Positions 29,090 through 39,417 of a stretch of DNA of 64,000 nucleotides are shown here, piece by piece. Origin of the DNA: Syntrophales bacterium (GTDB taxonomy: Bacteria; Desulfobacterota; Syntrophia; Syntrophales; UBA6807); NCBI GenBank assembly GCA_040767195.1, contig JAXGPA010000001.1:416001-480000 (forward strand), read 5' to 3'. The number at the start of each line of letters is the position of its first letter. Positions within the stretch are counted from its first letter, which is position 1. A program made the position numbers and the translations under genes. Below the pieces are notes generated by a model. It saw nothing but the letters and a program-made list of their open reading frames with translations. It made no database searches and had not been told where the DNA came from.

Positions 29090-29321
29090 CGAGCGCCTCC
29101 TCCATTTCCGCCGTCAGGGCAGCATAGGTCGATTGGAGGAGGGTTTCCAGGGTTTCCGTCTGCTTTCGGGCGGGAAGCCACTGAAGGACATGCTCCTGGT
29201 CCTGCCAGATCCTGTCCCTGGCCTCATCGGCCCGCCTTTGAACATCCGCCGCCCGGTCCCTGCCGAAACGGTCTTCGAAGATCCTGATGACCTTGAGGTA
29301 TCGCTCTTTCATGATGTACAA
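29076..29321 (-). CDS. Hypothetical helical protein (~78-81 aa)
   Basis: ORF fills the gap convergent on rsmI; protein-like composition; no family recognised. Confidence 0.5.
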   Translation of the reverse strand: MYIMKERYLKVIRIFEDRFGRDRAADVQRRADEARDRIWQDQEHVLQWLPARKQTETLETLLQSTYAALTAEMEEALAKDA

Positions 29322-29679
29322 GCCCTTTCAAAAATGACGGTAACTGAACATTTTTCGACTTTTTACAAGTTTATCAAAAATAATGAGACCAGAAAAAGTC
29401 TGAAAAAAGCACCTTTTCAAACATACCCTTTACTATGGAAAAAAAGGACCGTCGTCAAGGAACGAATTTCCAGGGAGAATTCTCCGTAAAACGTTGCCGG
29501 CCCCTTATTTCTTGGATCTTTCCCCGCTTTTGTGTTACCTCTCCTCGTAACGGTCCGTGGTGTTTTTTTACGGGTCCGGGAACCGCGGTCCCGTCCGCCC
29601 GCCTGTCGCCCGAATCGGCCTTGCGGGATCACGTTCAACGGACGGGGCCATGGATTTCTCTCACAAACAGGGATCCGAA

Positions 29680-31584
29680 GTGAACCGGCTTGTTCTTGTT
29701 TTCCTCATCATCTTCCTTTTTGCCCTCCCTCCGGCCGCCTATGGGGCGTCGGCGTCCCCCTTCGTTGAAGGGGAAATCCTCGTCCGTTTCGTTTCGGCAC
29801 CGGGGAAGCGAGACAACGAGACCCTGCCTTCGGGGACCCGGAACCTGTCGATGAAAAGAGGGTTTCCCCTGTACCGTGTTTCCCTTCCCGGGGGGATGAC
29901 GGTGGCGGAAGGGCTTCGTCAATACGGGAAACGCCCCGACGTGGCCTATGTCGAGCCGAACTATCTCCGCTACGGGACCGCCGTCGTTCCCGACGATCCC
30001 CTCTTCGGTCGGCAGTGGGGCCTATACAATACGGGCCAGGAGATCCGCGGCTTCTTTGGAACCCCCGGGTCCGATCTCGGCGCCGTGGAGGCCTGGGAAA
30101 AGACGACAGGAGGAAGCCCTGTCATCGTGGCGGTCATGGACTCGGGAATCGACGGCCGCCACGGCGACCTCGTGGAAAATCTCTGGCGAAACCCCGGGGA
30201 AATCCCCGACAACGGCGTTGACGACGACGGAAACGGGTACATCGACGATGTCCATGGGTGGGATTTCCTCGACGAGGACAACGACCCCATGGATGAAAAC
30301 GCCCATGGGACACACCTGGCCGGGATCATCGGGGCCCGGGGAAACAACAGCCAGGGAATCGCCGGGGTCAACTGGCGGGTGTCCCTCATGTCCCTTCGCT
30401 TTCTCGACGCCTCCGGTCTCGGCTCGGTGGCCGATGAAATCGAGGCCATGGCCTACGCCGCGGACATGGGGGCCCGGGTGGTCAACGCCAGCATCGGCGG
30501 CGCCGACGCGAGCCGGGCGGAACGGGAGGCCATCGCCCTTCTCATGGCGCGGGGGGTTCTCTTCGTCGCCGCCGCCGGAAACGAGGGGGAAGACAACGAT
30601 GATGTCCCAAGCTACCCGGCCTGCTACGATCTTCCCAACCTCATCTCCGTCGCCGCCACGGACGGGGATGACGACCTGTGCCTTTTTTCCAATTACGGGG
30701 CCCTCTCCGTCGACGGGGGCGCCCCGGGCCTCTTCATTCTCAGTACCGTTCCCGGGAACGCTTACGGGTATCTTTCGGGAACATCCATGGCGACGGCCTT
30801 CACCGCCGGCCTGGCGGGGCTTTTATGGAGCGCCTTTGCCGAGGACTCCTGGCAGGACATCCTGTACCGGGTCCTCTACGGTGCGGACCCCCGGGTCTCC
30901 CTGGCGGAAATCACCGCCACCGGCGGGCGGTTCGACGCCGGGAAAGCCCTGGACGTGAGGCCGCCGGCAACCCCCCCGGGGGCGCCGTCAGACCTGTCCC
31001 TGGAACCCCTGCCCGAGGGGGGGATAGCGCTTACCTGGCGGGACGGATCGTCCGATGAGCTGGGTTTCGAAATCGAGCGCCGGATGGAGGGGGAAGATGC
31101 CTTTACCAGGGTCGCCTGGACGGCCCTGAACGTCCGCTCCCTCGACGATGGCCCCCTCGAGGAGGGAAGGGCCTGCACCTACCGGCTCCGGGCCTTCAAC
31201 CCCCGGGGGGCTTCCCCCTACGGGAACGAAGAGACGGCGGTGACCCTTCTCCTGCCGCCTTCGGAACTTGAGGCGTCCGGTATTTCCCCGGCGGTCATCC
31301 GCCTCACCTGGAAGGACGGTTCTTCCCGGGAAAGCGGGTTCCAGGTGGAACGAAAAGGCGGGGGGACGGCGGTCTTCCGGACCGTCGCCACGATCCCCCG
31401 GGACAGCGAAACATACGATGACGGCGGCCTGGCCGCCGGGACCGCTTACACGTACCGGGTGCGGGCCTTCAACGACCGGACGGTGTCACCGTACACCACC
31501 GAGATCGAGGTCACAACCCCCGCCGGGAGCGGCGGCGGTGACGGGGGCGGCGGGTGTTTTCTTTCCACCCTCCTCACCCCCTGA
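29680..31584 (+). CDS. Secreted S8 subtilisin-like protease with two FN3 domains and a C-terminal GGGGCF tail
   Basis: Signal peptide from GTG 29680; triad motifs VAVMDSG, HGTHLAG, GTSMAT; FN3 (LTWRD..YRLRAFN; LTWKD..YRVRAFN); ends GSGGGDGGGGCFLSTLLTP. Confidence 0.93.
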   Translation: MNRLVLVFLIIFLFALPPAAYGASASPFVEGEILVRFVSAPGKRDNETLPSGTRNLSMKRGFPLYRVSLPGGMTVAEGLRQYGKRPDVAYVEPNYLRYGTAVVPDDPLFGRQWGLYNTGQEIRGFFGTPGSDLGAVEAWEKTTGGSPVIVAVMDSGIDGRHGDLVENLWRNPGEIPDNGVDDDGNGYIDDVHGWDFLDEDNDPMDENAHGTHLAGIIGARGNNSQGIAGVNWRVSLMSLRFLDASGLGSVADEIEAMAYAADMGARVVNASIGGADASRAEREAIALLMARGVLFVAAAGNEGEDNDDVPSYPACYDLPNLISVAATDGDDDLCLFSNYGALSVDGGAPGLFILSTVPGNAYGYLSGTSMATAFTAGLAGLLWSAFAEDSWQDILYRVLYGADPRVSLAEITATGGRFDAGKALDVRPPATPPGAPSDLSLEPLPEGGIALTWRDGSSDELGFEIERRMEGEDAFTRVAWTALNVRSLDDGPLEEGRACTYRLRAFNPRGASPYGNEETAVTLLLPPSELEASGISPAVIRLTWKDGSSRESGFQVERKGGGTAVFRTVATIPRDSETYDDGGLAAGTAYTYRVRAFNDRTVSPYTTEIEVTTPAGSGGGDGGGGCFLSTLLTP

Positions 31585-31603
31585 ACATCCAGGCCTTCCG
31601 GAC

Positions 31604-33292
31604 TCAGGCCATGGTCATCCTCATGACTTCCTCGACCGTCGTCAGGCCCTCGAGGATTTTTCGAACCCCGTCCTCCTTCAGGGAACGCATCCCCCCCCGC
31701 ACGGCCGCCTCCCGGATGACATTGGCATCGGAAGTCCCGCTGACGAGCCGCTTCAGGGAATCGTCGAGGACCATCATCTCGAAAATGGCGTTCCTTCCAC
31801 GGTATCCCGTGTTCAGGCAGTCGGGACAGCCCCGGCGGCGGAAGATCTCCCGGTCTTCCAGGAGCCGCCCCTCTTTACCCAGTTCGGCGAGGGCCGCCCT
31901 GTCAGGCCGGTAAGGCTCCTTGCATTTTTCGCAGAGGACCCGGACGAGCCGCTGGGCGATGATGGCGATGATGGACGAGGAAACGAGAAAGGACTCGATC
32001 CCCATGTCCGTCAGTCGGGTGACGGCGCTGGCGGCGTCGTTCGTGTGGAGGGTCGAAAAGACCAGGTGACCCGTCAGGGATGACTGGATGGCGATCTCCG
32101 CCGTCTCCCGGTCCCGGATCTCCCCCACGAGGATCACGTCGGGATCCTGGCGGACGATGGACCGCAGCCCCCGGGCGAAGGTCAGGTCGATCTTGGGATT
32201 CACCTGGATCTGCCCGATCCCCTCGATCTGGTATTCCACGGGGTCCTCTATGGTGATGATGTTGATGTCGGGCCGGTTGATGGTGGACAGGGCGGCATAG
32301 AGGGTCGTGGTCTTCCCGCTTCCCGTGGGACCGGTCACCAGGAGAATCCCGTAAGGGGACCGGATGAGCCGGTCGAGAAGGGCGAGCCGCTCCGGGTCGA
32401 GCCCGAGATCGCCCAGTCGGAACATGGCGGCGGACTTGTCGAGTAGCCGCAGTACCAGGCGCTCGCCGAAAGAGGTGGGAACCACGGAGACCCGGATGTC
32501 CACCCCGTGATCGCCGATGCGGATTTCAATCCGGCCGTCCTGGGGAAGCCGCTTCTCGGCAATGTTGAGCCGGGCCATGATCTTCACCCGGGACACGAGA
32601 GGCGAGTGGACCCGCCGGGGCAGGGTGAACATGTTGTAAAGAATACCGTCCACGCGGTACCGGACCACCACGGAACCCTGGTAGGACTCGATGTGGACAT
32701 CGCTGGCCCGCTCCTTCACCGCCCGGGACAGGATCAGGTTCACGAGGCGAATGACCGGGGCATCGCTTCTTTCGTCGAGAAGGTCGGCCCGCTCCTCGAT
32801 TTCCGAGAGGATCCGGTCCGGCGAGTCCCCGTTCATGTCCTGGATGAATTCCTCCGCCGAATCCTGGGTCATGTCATAAATCCGGTTGATGGCCCCGAGA
32901 ACGGCCCCCTGGGGGGCGGCGACAACGTCGACGGGGTCGGGCCACCCCAGGATTCTCTTGAGATCGTCCAGGGCTTCAAAACAGGTGGGGTCGGACACCG
33001 CGATAAAGCGCCCTTCCGCCGTGACGAGAGGCACAATGCGGTTCTTCCGGAGATAGGAAATGGGAACCTCCCGGGCGAAACCCTCCCCTTTCAGGTTCGT
33101 CGGAAGGTCCTTCCGGAAGGGGATGCCCATGGCTTCGGCGATCCGGGCCAGGGCGGCCTCCTCGGAGACCCCTTTCCGCTTCACCAGGGCATCGACCAGG
33201 CCTTCTCCCTTCTCCAACGCGGGGGCGTCGCCGCCTTCGAAAAAATCGGGCATGGGGCCGGGGGGGGGTCCGTCAGGGCTCTTCCGGTTCAT
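31604..33292 (-). CDS. gspE: Type II secretion ATPase GspE
   Basis: ASDVHIE, RLPQDGR, GPTGSGKTT, RQDPDVILVGEIRD, CxxC..CxxC. Confidence 0.95.
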   Translation of the reverse strand: MNRKSPDGPPPGPMPDFFEGGDAPALEKGEGLVDALVKRKGVSEEAALARIAEAMGIPFRKDLPTNLKGEGFAREVPISYLRKNRIVPLVTAEGRFIAVSDPTCFEALDDLKRILGWPDPVDVVAAPQGAVLGAINRIYDMTQDSAEEFIQDMNGDSPDRILSEIEERADLLDERSDAPVIRLVNLILSRAVKERASDVHIESYQGSVVVRYRVDGILYNMFTLPRRVHSPLVSRVKIMARLNIAEKRLPQDGRIEIRIGDHGVDIRVSVVPTSFGERLVLRLLDKSAAMFRLGDLGLDPERLALLDRLIRSPYGILLVTGPTGSGKTTTLYAALSTINRPDINIITIEDPVEYQIEGIGQIQVNPKIDLTFARGLRSIVRQDPDVILVGEIRDRETAEIAIQSSLTGHLVFSTLHTNDAASAVTRLTDMGIESFLVSSSIIAIIAQRLVRVLCEKCKEPYRPDRAALAELGKEGRLLEDREIFRRRGCPDCLNTGYRGRNAIFEMMVLDDSLKRLVSGTSDANVIREAAVRGGMRSLKEDGVRKILEGLTTVEEVMRMTMA

Positions 33293-35402
33293 CGTGGATC
33301 CTGATGCGGTTTTTTCGATAGGTCTCGATGACCTGCTCCTGCGTCTTCCGGATTTCTTCCTTCTTCTCGTCGTAGATGGTCCGGGCCTCCCCGGGGTTCT
33401 CCACGATGCGGGGGGTGATGAAGATGTAAAGGTTCCGCCGCTCCCGGGAACTGCTCTGGTACTTGAAGAGCCACCCGAGAAAGGGGATGTTCCCCAGGCA
33501 GGGGACGGCGTAATCGGTGTTCGTGATGTCGTCGCCGATGAGCCCGCCGATGACCACCGAGTGTCCGTCCTGAACGGTCACCGTCGTTTTCGCCGTCCGC
33601 TTCAGGGTCGTGGGACGGTCCGACTGCTGGGCCACCTCCTGGACGAGTTTCGTCACTTCCTGGAAAATCTTGAGACGGACGAACCGCTCCTGGCTGATCT
33701 GGGGCGTGATCCGAAGAGTCACCCCGACGTCCTTGTACTCGTAGGTGCTGTAATCGAGATTGGCCGACGATGTCTCGCTCCGGGTCTGGTACGGAACGTT
33801 CTGCCCGACGGAGATCTCCGCTTCCTCGTTGTCCAGGGTCAGGATCTGGGGCGTCGACAGGATATGGACGTCCTGATCCTTCTGATAGGCTTGGACGATG
33901 GCCCCGATGCTCGGGAAAAGGACGTTTCCGATCTTGAGGGACTCGCCCAGGATTCCCAGGGAGAATCCCTCGGGCAGGCCCTTCGTGGAGAGATCGGTCA
34001 GGTTGGGGTACCGGCCCTCGCCGCTGAAACCGCCGCCGTAGATTTTCGTTCGTCCCGACTCGGAGGAGATGTAGTCCCCGCCCATCCACTCGACGCCGAC
34101 CTTGAAGCCCCGGTCCACCGTCACTTCCATGATGAGGGCCTCGATGTAGACCATGGGCCGGGGGACGTCGAGCTGGCCGATGATTTCCTCAAGGACCCGG
34201 TAGTCGTCCCGGTCCGCCGTGATGACCAGGGTGTTCGTCGCCTTGTCGGGAACGACCTGGATGTCCCTGGAAAGCACCGGGGCCTTCCCCGCCTCCTGCG
34301 GTTTCGACTCCTTCGAGGGCAGGTTCATGAGAACCTTCGCCAGGGTCTCCGCCTCGGCGTTCTGAAGGTTGTACACCCGGACCCGGGCCTCGCTCCGGGG
34401 AACCTCCCGGTCGAGAAGGCGGATGAGCTCCCGGATCCGGAAGGTGTCGTTTTCGCTCGCCAGGGTGATCACCGCGTTGGTCCTCTCGTCGGCGACGATC
34501 TGGATGGACGCGCTGTCCATGCCCCGCCGGATCTTGACCTTCTGCTGGAAAATCAGGCTGAGGGACTTGACGAGCTCGGGGGCCGAACCGTACTGAAGGG
34601 GGATGACGGAAATCTGCTCCTGGATGCCCTCCACGTCGAGGGCGGAAATGATTCCCAGGATCCGCTCGATGTTGGAGAGAAGGTCGGTGATGACAAGCAT
34701 CCCCGTGGGGGGGTAAGCCAGGATGACGCTGGACTTGGAAACGAGGGGGGTCAGGATTTTCTTCAGCTCTTCCGGGTTGGCGTAGTTCAGCGTGATGACC
34801 TGGGTGATCACCCGGTCGGCGGGGCTGATGGCCTCCCGCTTCAACCGGGTTTCAACGCTCTTCACCGGGGCGTCCCGGATGGGGATGATCTTGATGATGT
34901 TTCCGGCGGCAACGGCGGCGAAGCCGTATACCTCGAGAACAGATTCAAAAACCCGGTACGCTTCGTCCACGTTCAGTTTCTTCGGCGACACGATGGTCAC
35001 GTTACCCCGGACGTCCCGGTCGACGACAAAATTCTTTCCCGTCAGTTCGCTCATGAACTTGACGAAAACACGGATGTCCACATTGTCGAAATCGATGGAG
35101 ATTTCCCGGTCTTTCACGGGCCGGGACTGCTTTTTCTCCTGGTCGACCACCGCCGCGCTCGGGGACGGTTGAGACGGCGCCCCGTCCGGGACCGGTTTTC
35201 GGGAACTTTCGACTGGAGCGGGAGGCCCCGTTTCGTCGGCCACGGAAACGACGCCTTCCTGGCCGGCGATGCGGGCCGGTGACGCCATGCCGCCGTAGGC
35301 CAGGATGCCAAGGAGGACCATAAGGGGGATCAGGGTTTTCAAAAGACGCTTCATCACACGACCGCCGTCCATACGCCAGGGTTCTTCAAGGACACGGGGC
35401 AA
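33273..35402 (-). CDS. gspD: Type II secretion secretin GspD
   Basis: IDFDNVDI N0 domain, ADERTNAV, ILSTPQILTLDNEEA, VPCLGNIPFLGWLFK; true start probably near 35354. Confidence 0.95.
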   Translation of the reverse strand: MPRVLEEPWRMDGGRVMKRLLKTLIPLMVLLGILAYGGMASPARIAGQEGVVSVADETGPPAPVESSRKPVPDGAPSQPSPSAAVVDQEKKQSRPVKDREISIDFDNVDIRVFVKFMSELTGKNFVVDRDVRGNVTIVSPKKLNVDEAYRVFESVLEVYGFAAVAAGNIIKIIPIRDAPVKSVETRLKREAISPADRVITQVITLNYANPEELKKILTPLVSKSSVILAYPPTGMLVITDLLSNIERILGIISALDVEGIQEQISVIPLQYGSAPELVKSLSLIFQQKVKIRRGMDSASIQIVADERTNAVITLASENDTFRIRELIRLLDREVPRSEARVRVYNLQNAEAETLAKVLMNLPSKESKPQEAGKAPVLSRDIQVVPDKATNTLVITADRDDYRVLEEIIGQLDVPRPMVYIEALIMEVTVDRGFKVGVEWMGGDYISSESGRTKIYGGGFSGEGRYPNLTDLSTKGLPEGFSLGILGESLKIGNVLFPSIGAIVQAYQKDQDVHILSTPQILTLDNEEAEISVGQNVPYQTRSETSSANLDYSTYEYKDVGVTLRITPQISQERFVRLKIFQEVTKLVQEVAQQSDRPTTLKRTAKTTVTVQDGHSVVIGGLIGDDITNTDYAVPCLGNIPFLGWLFKYQSSSRERRNLYIFITPRIVENPGEARTIYDEKKEEIRKTQEQVIETYRKNRIRIHDEPEEP

Positions 35403-35495
35403 CCCGAAAACGGGAGGATTCGTAAACGCGGACGGAGCCCCCGGGGCCGCAGCTTTTTTCGGCGCCCGGCGTTCTTCCGGCCCACGCCCTGTGTT

Positions 35496-36197
35496 TCAAC
35501 GGCCCAGGATTCTCTCAAAACCGTCATCACATCGCAGATTTTCAAGATCTTTATCATCTTTCGCCCAAGATTTCACATCTTTCTTGAGAGACGACGCTTT
35601 TTCGAGGTACTGCAGGCCCTCCCCAATCCGGCCCTGAAGCGAGCACAGGCAGGCCAGGTTGTAATAGGGATCGGCCTTTGTCCCGTCCGCTTCGGCGGCC
35701 CGGAGGAACAGCCCCTCCGCTTCCCCCGCCTCTCCCCGGGCCAGGAGGAGGACGCCCAGGTTGTTCAGGCCGTCACCGGAACGGGGATCGATCTCCAGGA
35801 GCTGCCGGTACAGGGCCTCGGCCTCCGCCGGGTCGCCCGACTGCTGGGCCCGGAGCGCCTTCTCGCGCAGAGCTTCTTTCATCGCGGAAGGAGCTGGCCC
35901 CGTCGCGACCGGGGCCGGCGGCGACGGCTTTGCCTTCGGGGTGACCGCTTCCTCCACCCGTTCCACCCGGCTGTTTTCCGTCGGTTCCAGCCCGGAAGAG
36001 GGGGGACTGCCGGGTTTCGACCCGTAGAGGACGGCTCCCGCCAGGACCAGAAGGACGACGAAGGCGACGGGAAAAAGGAATGAAAATCGCCGCCTGTCCG
36101 TACCCCGGGCCTGCCGCGGTCGCCCCGTGTCATCGGGGGAACGCCCTCCGTTTCTCATCTCCTGGGCCTTTTGCAGGGCTTCGTGGATGTAGCTCAC
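35496..36197 (-). CDS. GspB/ExeB-like bitopic protein with C-terminal TPRs
   Basis: N-terminal MSYIHEALQKAQ (ExeB-like), TM helix, TPRs (LNNLGVL, YYNLAC); next to ExeA. Confidence 0.7.
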   Translation of the reverse strand: MSYIHEALQKAQEMRNGGRSPDDTGRPRQARGTDRRRFSFLFPVAFVVLLVLAGAVLYGSKPGSPPSSGLEPTENSRVERVEEAVTPKAKPSPPAPVATGPAPSAMKEALREKALRAQQSGDPAEAEALYRQLLEIDPRSGDGLNNLGVLLLARGEAGEAEGLFLRAAEADGTKADPYYNLACLCSLQGRIGEGLQYLEKASSLKKDVKSWAKDDKDLENLRCDDGFERILGR

Positions 36198-36200
36198 GGT

Positions 36201-37145
36201 TCACCCCCTGACCAGGATCCACAGGAAAAGAAAAAAGACCAGGCCTGCTAGAAAAGCGGCGGCGAACCAGGGGGATGCCCCTGTCCCGGGGAAACGGGAG
36301 AGGCGTCCCCCTTTTTCGAAGGGGCCGCCCAGGTCTCGAACGGCCGCCCGGACGATTCCCCGGTGGATGGAAACGGTGTCCTTCGTGTAGGCCACGAGAA
36401 GGGCCCGGTCGCAGATACCGTTAATCCGCCTCGGGTTTCCCCGGGCGCGGCGATGAATGAGCCGCAGGGCGCCGGCAGTGAAGTCTACCTTGTTTTCATC
36501 CCCGGCCGCCATGGCCAGGCGATGGCGGATGTAGGCTTCCGACTGCTTTTCGTCAAGGGGCTCGAGATGGTACCGGACCATGATCCGTTCGTTCAACTGG
36601 CGGAGCGACGGGGCTTCCAGGATTTCACGCAGTTCGGGCTGGCCCATGAGGACGATCTGGAGCAGCTTTTCCCGTTCCGTTTCCAGGTTGGAAAGCATCC
36701 GGATCTGCTCGAGGACATGGGGAGAGCAATTCTGGGCCTCGTCGATGATGACAACCGCGTTTCCCCCATTGGAATAATTCTTGAGAAGAAAGGTGTTGAT
36801 CCCGTCGAGGCACCTTTTCCGGGTTTTTCTGCCCCGGCCCGGGGCAATGCCGAATTCCTGCTGAACCGCCGCCAGCAGCTCCAGTTCGCTTACCGCGGCA
36901 TTGAAAATCAGGGCCGTGGCCACGGAAGGGTCGAGTTCCGCCAGGAGGGCCCGGCACAAGGTGGTCTTTCCCATTCCGATTCCGCCGGTGATGACGACGA
37001 AACCCTTTCTCTCCCCGATGCCGTAAAGAAGATGGCTGAGCGCGTCCCGGTGCTGCCGGCTGAGATAGAGGTATGCCGGATCAGGCGTCAGGTGAAAGGG
37101 GTTTTCACGAAAGCCGAAATGGGAGGCGTAAAAATCCATGTTCAT
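36201..37145 (-). CDS. exeA: ExeA/GspA-family AAA ATPase
   Basis: FGFRENPFHLTPDP, GGIGMGKTT, IIDEAQ, GQPEL, GNPRRINGICD; C-terminal TM. Confidence 0.88.
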   Translation of the reverse strand: MNMDFYASHFGFRENPFHLTPDPAYLYLSRQHRDALSHLLYGIGERKGFVVITGGIGMGKTTLCRALLAELDPSVATALIFNAAVSELELLAAVQQEFGIAPGRGRKTRKRCLDGINTFLLKNYSNGGNAVVIIDEAQNCSPHVLEQIRMLSNLETEREKLLQIVLMGQPELREILEAPSLRQLNERIMVRYHLEPLDEKQSEAYIRHRLAMAAGDENKVDFTAGALRLIHRRARGNPRRINGICDRALLVAYTKDTVSIHRGIVRAAVRDLGGPFEKGGRLSRFPGTGASPWFAAAFLAGLVFFLFLWILVRG

Positions 37146-37162
37146 GAAACGGGACCGATCTT

Positions 37163-38002
37163 CTACTCCCTGAAAACGTACCTCAGGGTTTCTTCGTTTC
37201 CTCCCCTTTTCAGGTTCAGGACGATCTGGGAACCGTCTTTCAGGCCCCGGTAGAGTTCCATAAGACGATCAGGGCTCTCCATGGCCTGGTTGTTGACGCC
37301 CTGGATGATGTCGCCGTTTTTCAGGCCGAGTTTTTCAAAAACGCTTCCCGGCTTGATACGGGTGATGAGAAAGCCGTCCGCTTTCCCGGCGCTGAAATAG
37401 GGCCGGATCCGCGCCTCCATGAGAATCTTCGACATGTCGCCGAGGGCGCCCTCGATTTCGGATTTCTTCACGGAGACGACGCTGGCCTGAGAAGCGGCGG
37501 GACCTTCCCCGGACCCGCTCTTCCTGTCAAGGCCCTCGTCTTCCATGGAGAGGATCTCGTCCTCGCCGGCGACCCGCAGGACGACGAGGCCTCTCAGGAT
37601 ACGAAGGATTTCCGCCGAGGCCACCGTGTCCCCGACACGGTAGAGGTCCTGGATTTTCCGGTCTTTCTCTTCAATGACGGCAAACCCGCCCGACCCCGGC
37701 CCTGTGACGGTCCCGAGCAGGGCAAGATTCAACCGGGTGGGCTTGAGATCCGTCACGTCAAAGTCCCTCTGATCCTCCCCCTTCTTTTCCAGCGTGGCAA
37801 AGAGATTCCGTTCCCAGATGATCCGGAAGCTCTCCAGGGCGGGCCTCGCCGGCTCCGTTTCTCCTCTCCCGATGGTGACCCGCGGGGGGGGCTGGGGCAC
37901 GTCGGGACCCGCGAGAAGACCCTTGTAGAAGATGTCTACGGCAAAAAAGGAGAGAACGGTGATGAAAAGCAATGTGAGAGGAATTCGGTATCGCAGGCCC
38001 AT
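37163..38002 (-). CDS. gspC: Type II secretion protein GspC with PDZ domain
   Basis: TM, HR domain (LALLGTV, LYRVGD), PDZ (GLKNGDII). Confidence 0.88.
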   Translation of the reverse strand: MGLRYRIPLTLLFITVLSFFAVDIFYKGLLAGPDVPQPPPRVTIGRGETEPARPALESFRIIWERNLFATLEKKGEDQRDFDVTDLKPTRLNLALLGTVTGPGSGGFAVIEEKDRKIQDLYRVGDTVASAEILRILRGLVVLRVAGEDEILSMEDEGLDRKSGSGEGPAASQASVVSVKKSEIEGALGDMSKILMEARIRPYFSAGKADGFLITRIKPGSVFEKLGLKNGDIIQGVNNQAMESPDRLMELYRGLKDGSQIVLNLKRGGNEETLRYVFRE

Positions 38003-38004
38003 GG

Positions 38005-38826
38005 TTACCTCAGCTTTACCGTAGGCACCGATGCCGTACCGCCGATGACGGTGGCCACATCCCTGTCCAGGGGCGGCATGCGGATGGTTCCCGTGAGGGC
38101 CAGGCGGCTTCTTTCCAGGTCCCGGGTCAGATAGATGTTCCCCTTGAAGGAACCGGTGATCTGGCTTCCCGAAAAAACCACTTTCTCTACCGACACCGTC
38201 CGGTCCCGGAGAGAGCACAGGCCCTCCAGCCTGTCAAAGGAGAGAACGGAAAGCCCCAGAACATCTCCGTAAAGACCGATAGACCCGTTTTTCAGGTCGA
38301 ACGCGGCGGTTCCCTCCCCTTCCATCTCTCTCCCGGGCACCCCCTGGAAGCTGAATTTCCCGTTCATGAGACCGCTCAGGGAGCGGCCTCCCAGAAGATC
38401 CGCCCTGTTGAGGGCGTCCAGGTCCAGATCCCGAACGGTCAGCTCGGCGGAAACAGGCCCCTGAAGGGTCAGGCGGCTGGATGGCCTCACCCAGCTTGAA
38501 AAAAGTCCTCCAAAAGTCTCGGCGTAAAGACGGACGGCGGCATACCCCTGAAACAGGGAAAGGAAATCCGGCTCGAGGCGAAGGGTGTCGAAGGGGATTT
38601 CCTTCCCTCTTCCCTTCCCGAAGCGGACAGCCGCTTCCTCGAACGTGAGGGCGACGGGAAGGGCCGGGGAGATGGATGCGAGACGGAGTTCCACGCCGGG
38701 GACGTGCCGGTTCCAGAGGTCCCGGACGGACAAGGCCGCTTCATCACCCGGGAAAAGGACAAAAGCGAAAAAAAGGGTCACCCCGAACCCGTAAAGCCCG
38801 TACAGGAAGAAAAGATGTTTTTTCAA
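38005..38826 (-). CDS. gspN: Type II secretion protein GspN
   Basis: N-terminal TM ending LFP, beta-rich body; position in operon. Confidence 0.75.
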   Translation of the reverse strand: MKKHLFFLYGLYGFGVTLFFAFVLFPGDEAALSVRDLWNRHVPGVELRLASISPALPVALTFEEAAVRFGKGRGKEIPFDTLRLEPDFLSLFQGYAAVRLYAETFGGLFSSWVRPSSRLTLQGPVSAELTVRDLDLDALNRADLLGGRSLSGLMNGKFSFQGVPGREMEGEGTAAFDLKNGSIGLYGDVLGLSVLSFDRLEGLCSLRDRTVSVEKVVFSGSQITGSFKGNIYLTRDLERSRLALTGTIRMPPLDRDVATVIGGTASVPTVKLR

Positions 38827-38838
38827 GCTTCCCCCTTC

Positions 38839-39414
38839 TCAGGCCGCCGCCGGGAGCTGGTATGTCACGACCTGGAGCAGGACCGTAAGTTCTCCCGATG
38901 CCCCTTTCTCTTCCCGGATGGAAATCCGCCGGATTCGGACCAGCCGGTCCGGATCTTCCACAAAATAGAGAAATTCAACGAGTCTTTTCAGGGATACCCT
39001 TTCGATTTTCATCTCCACGGCTGACTCCTCGTAACCTGAGCCGTCCCGCGCCGCCGCCGTTGACGGTTTCATGTACTGGATCCTGTCCTTGATTCCCGCC
39101 CGGGCGGCCCCGCTTTCGAGAAAGGAAAAAAGCGTGAATTCCCGGGGGCGCGATGCCAGGATCTTCCGGACATCCGCCGTCCGGGACTGGAGGGTCTCGT
39201 ATTTATCCTGGAGTGTCCTCATTTCCTTTACCATGTTCTCGTAGCGTTCGATGGACCGGTTCATGCCTTCGCTCGCTTCCAGAAGTGGAAAAAGAACCCC
39301 CTGGAGAAACAGGAAGCCAGCCAGGAGCGCCCCCCCGGCGCAAATCATGAGGACCTCTCTCCTGGAAAGACGCCGGTAAAACTGAATGATCCGTGACAGG
39401 ATGTCGTTTTTCAT
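38839..39414 (-). CDS. gspM: Type II secretion protein GspM
   Basis: LSRRE+TM, coiled coil, ferredoxin-like C-terminus (LVEFLYFVE). Confidence 0.82.
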   Translation of the reverse strand: MKNDILSRIIQFYRRLSRREVLMICAGGALLAGFLFLQGVLFPLLEASEGMNRSIERYENMVKEMRTLQDKYETLQSRTADVRKILASRPREFTLFSFLESGAARAGIKDRIQYMKPSTAAARDGSGYEESAVEMKIERVSLKRLVEFLYFVEDPDRLVRIRRISIREEKGASGELTVLLQVVTYQLPAAA

Positions 39415-39417
39415 GGG

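Noticed and set aside
33060..35282. 740-aa plus-strand ORF and similar long ORFs (189-1496, 25362-27221, 50676-52832, 57911-59710)
   Set aside because: Antisense shadows of well-supported genes in GC-rich DNA; no recognisable motifs
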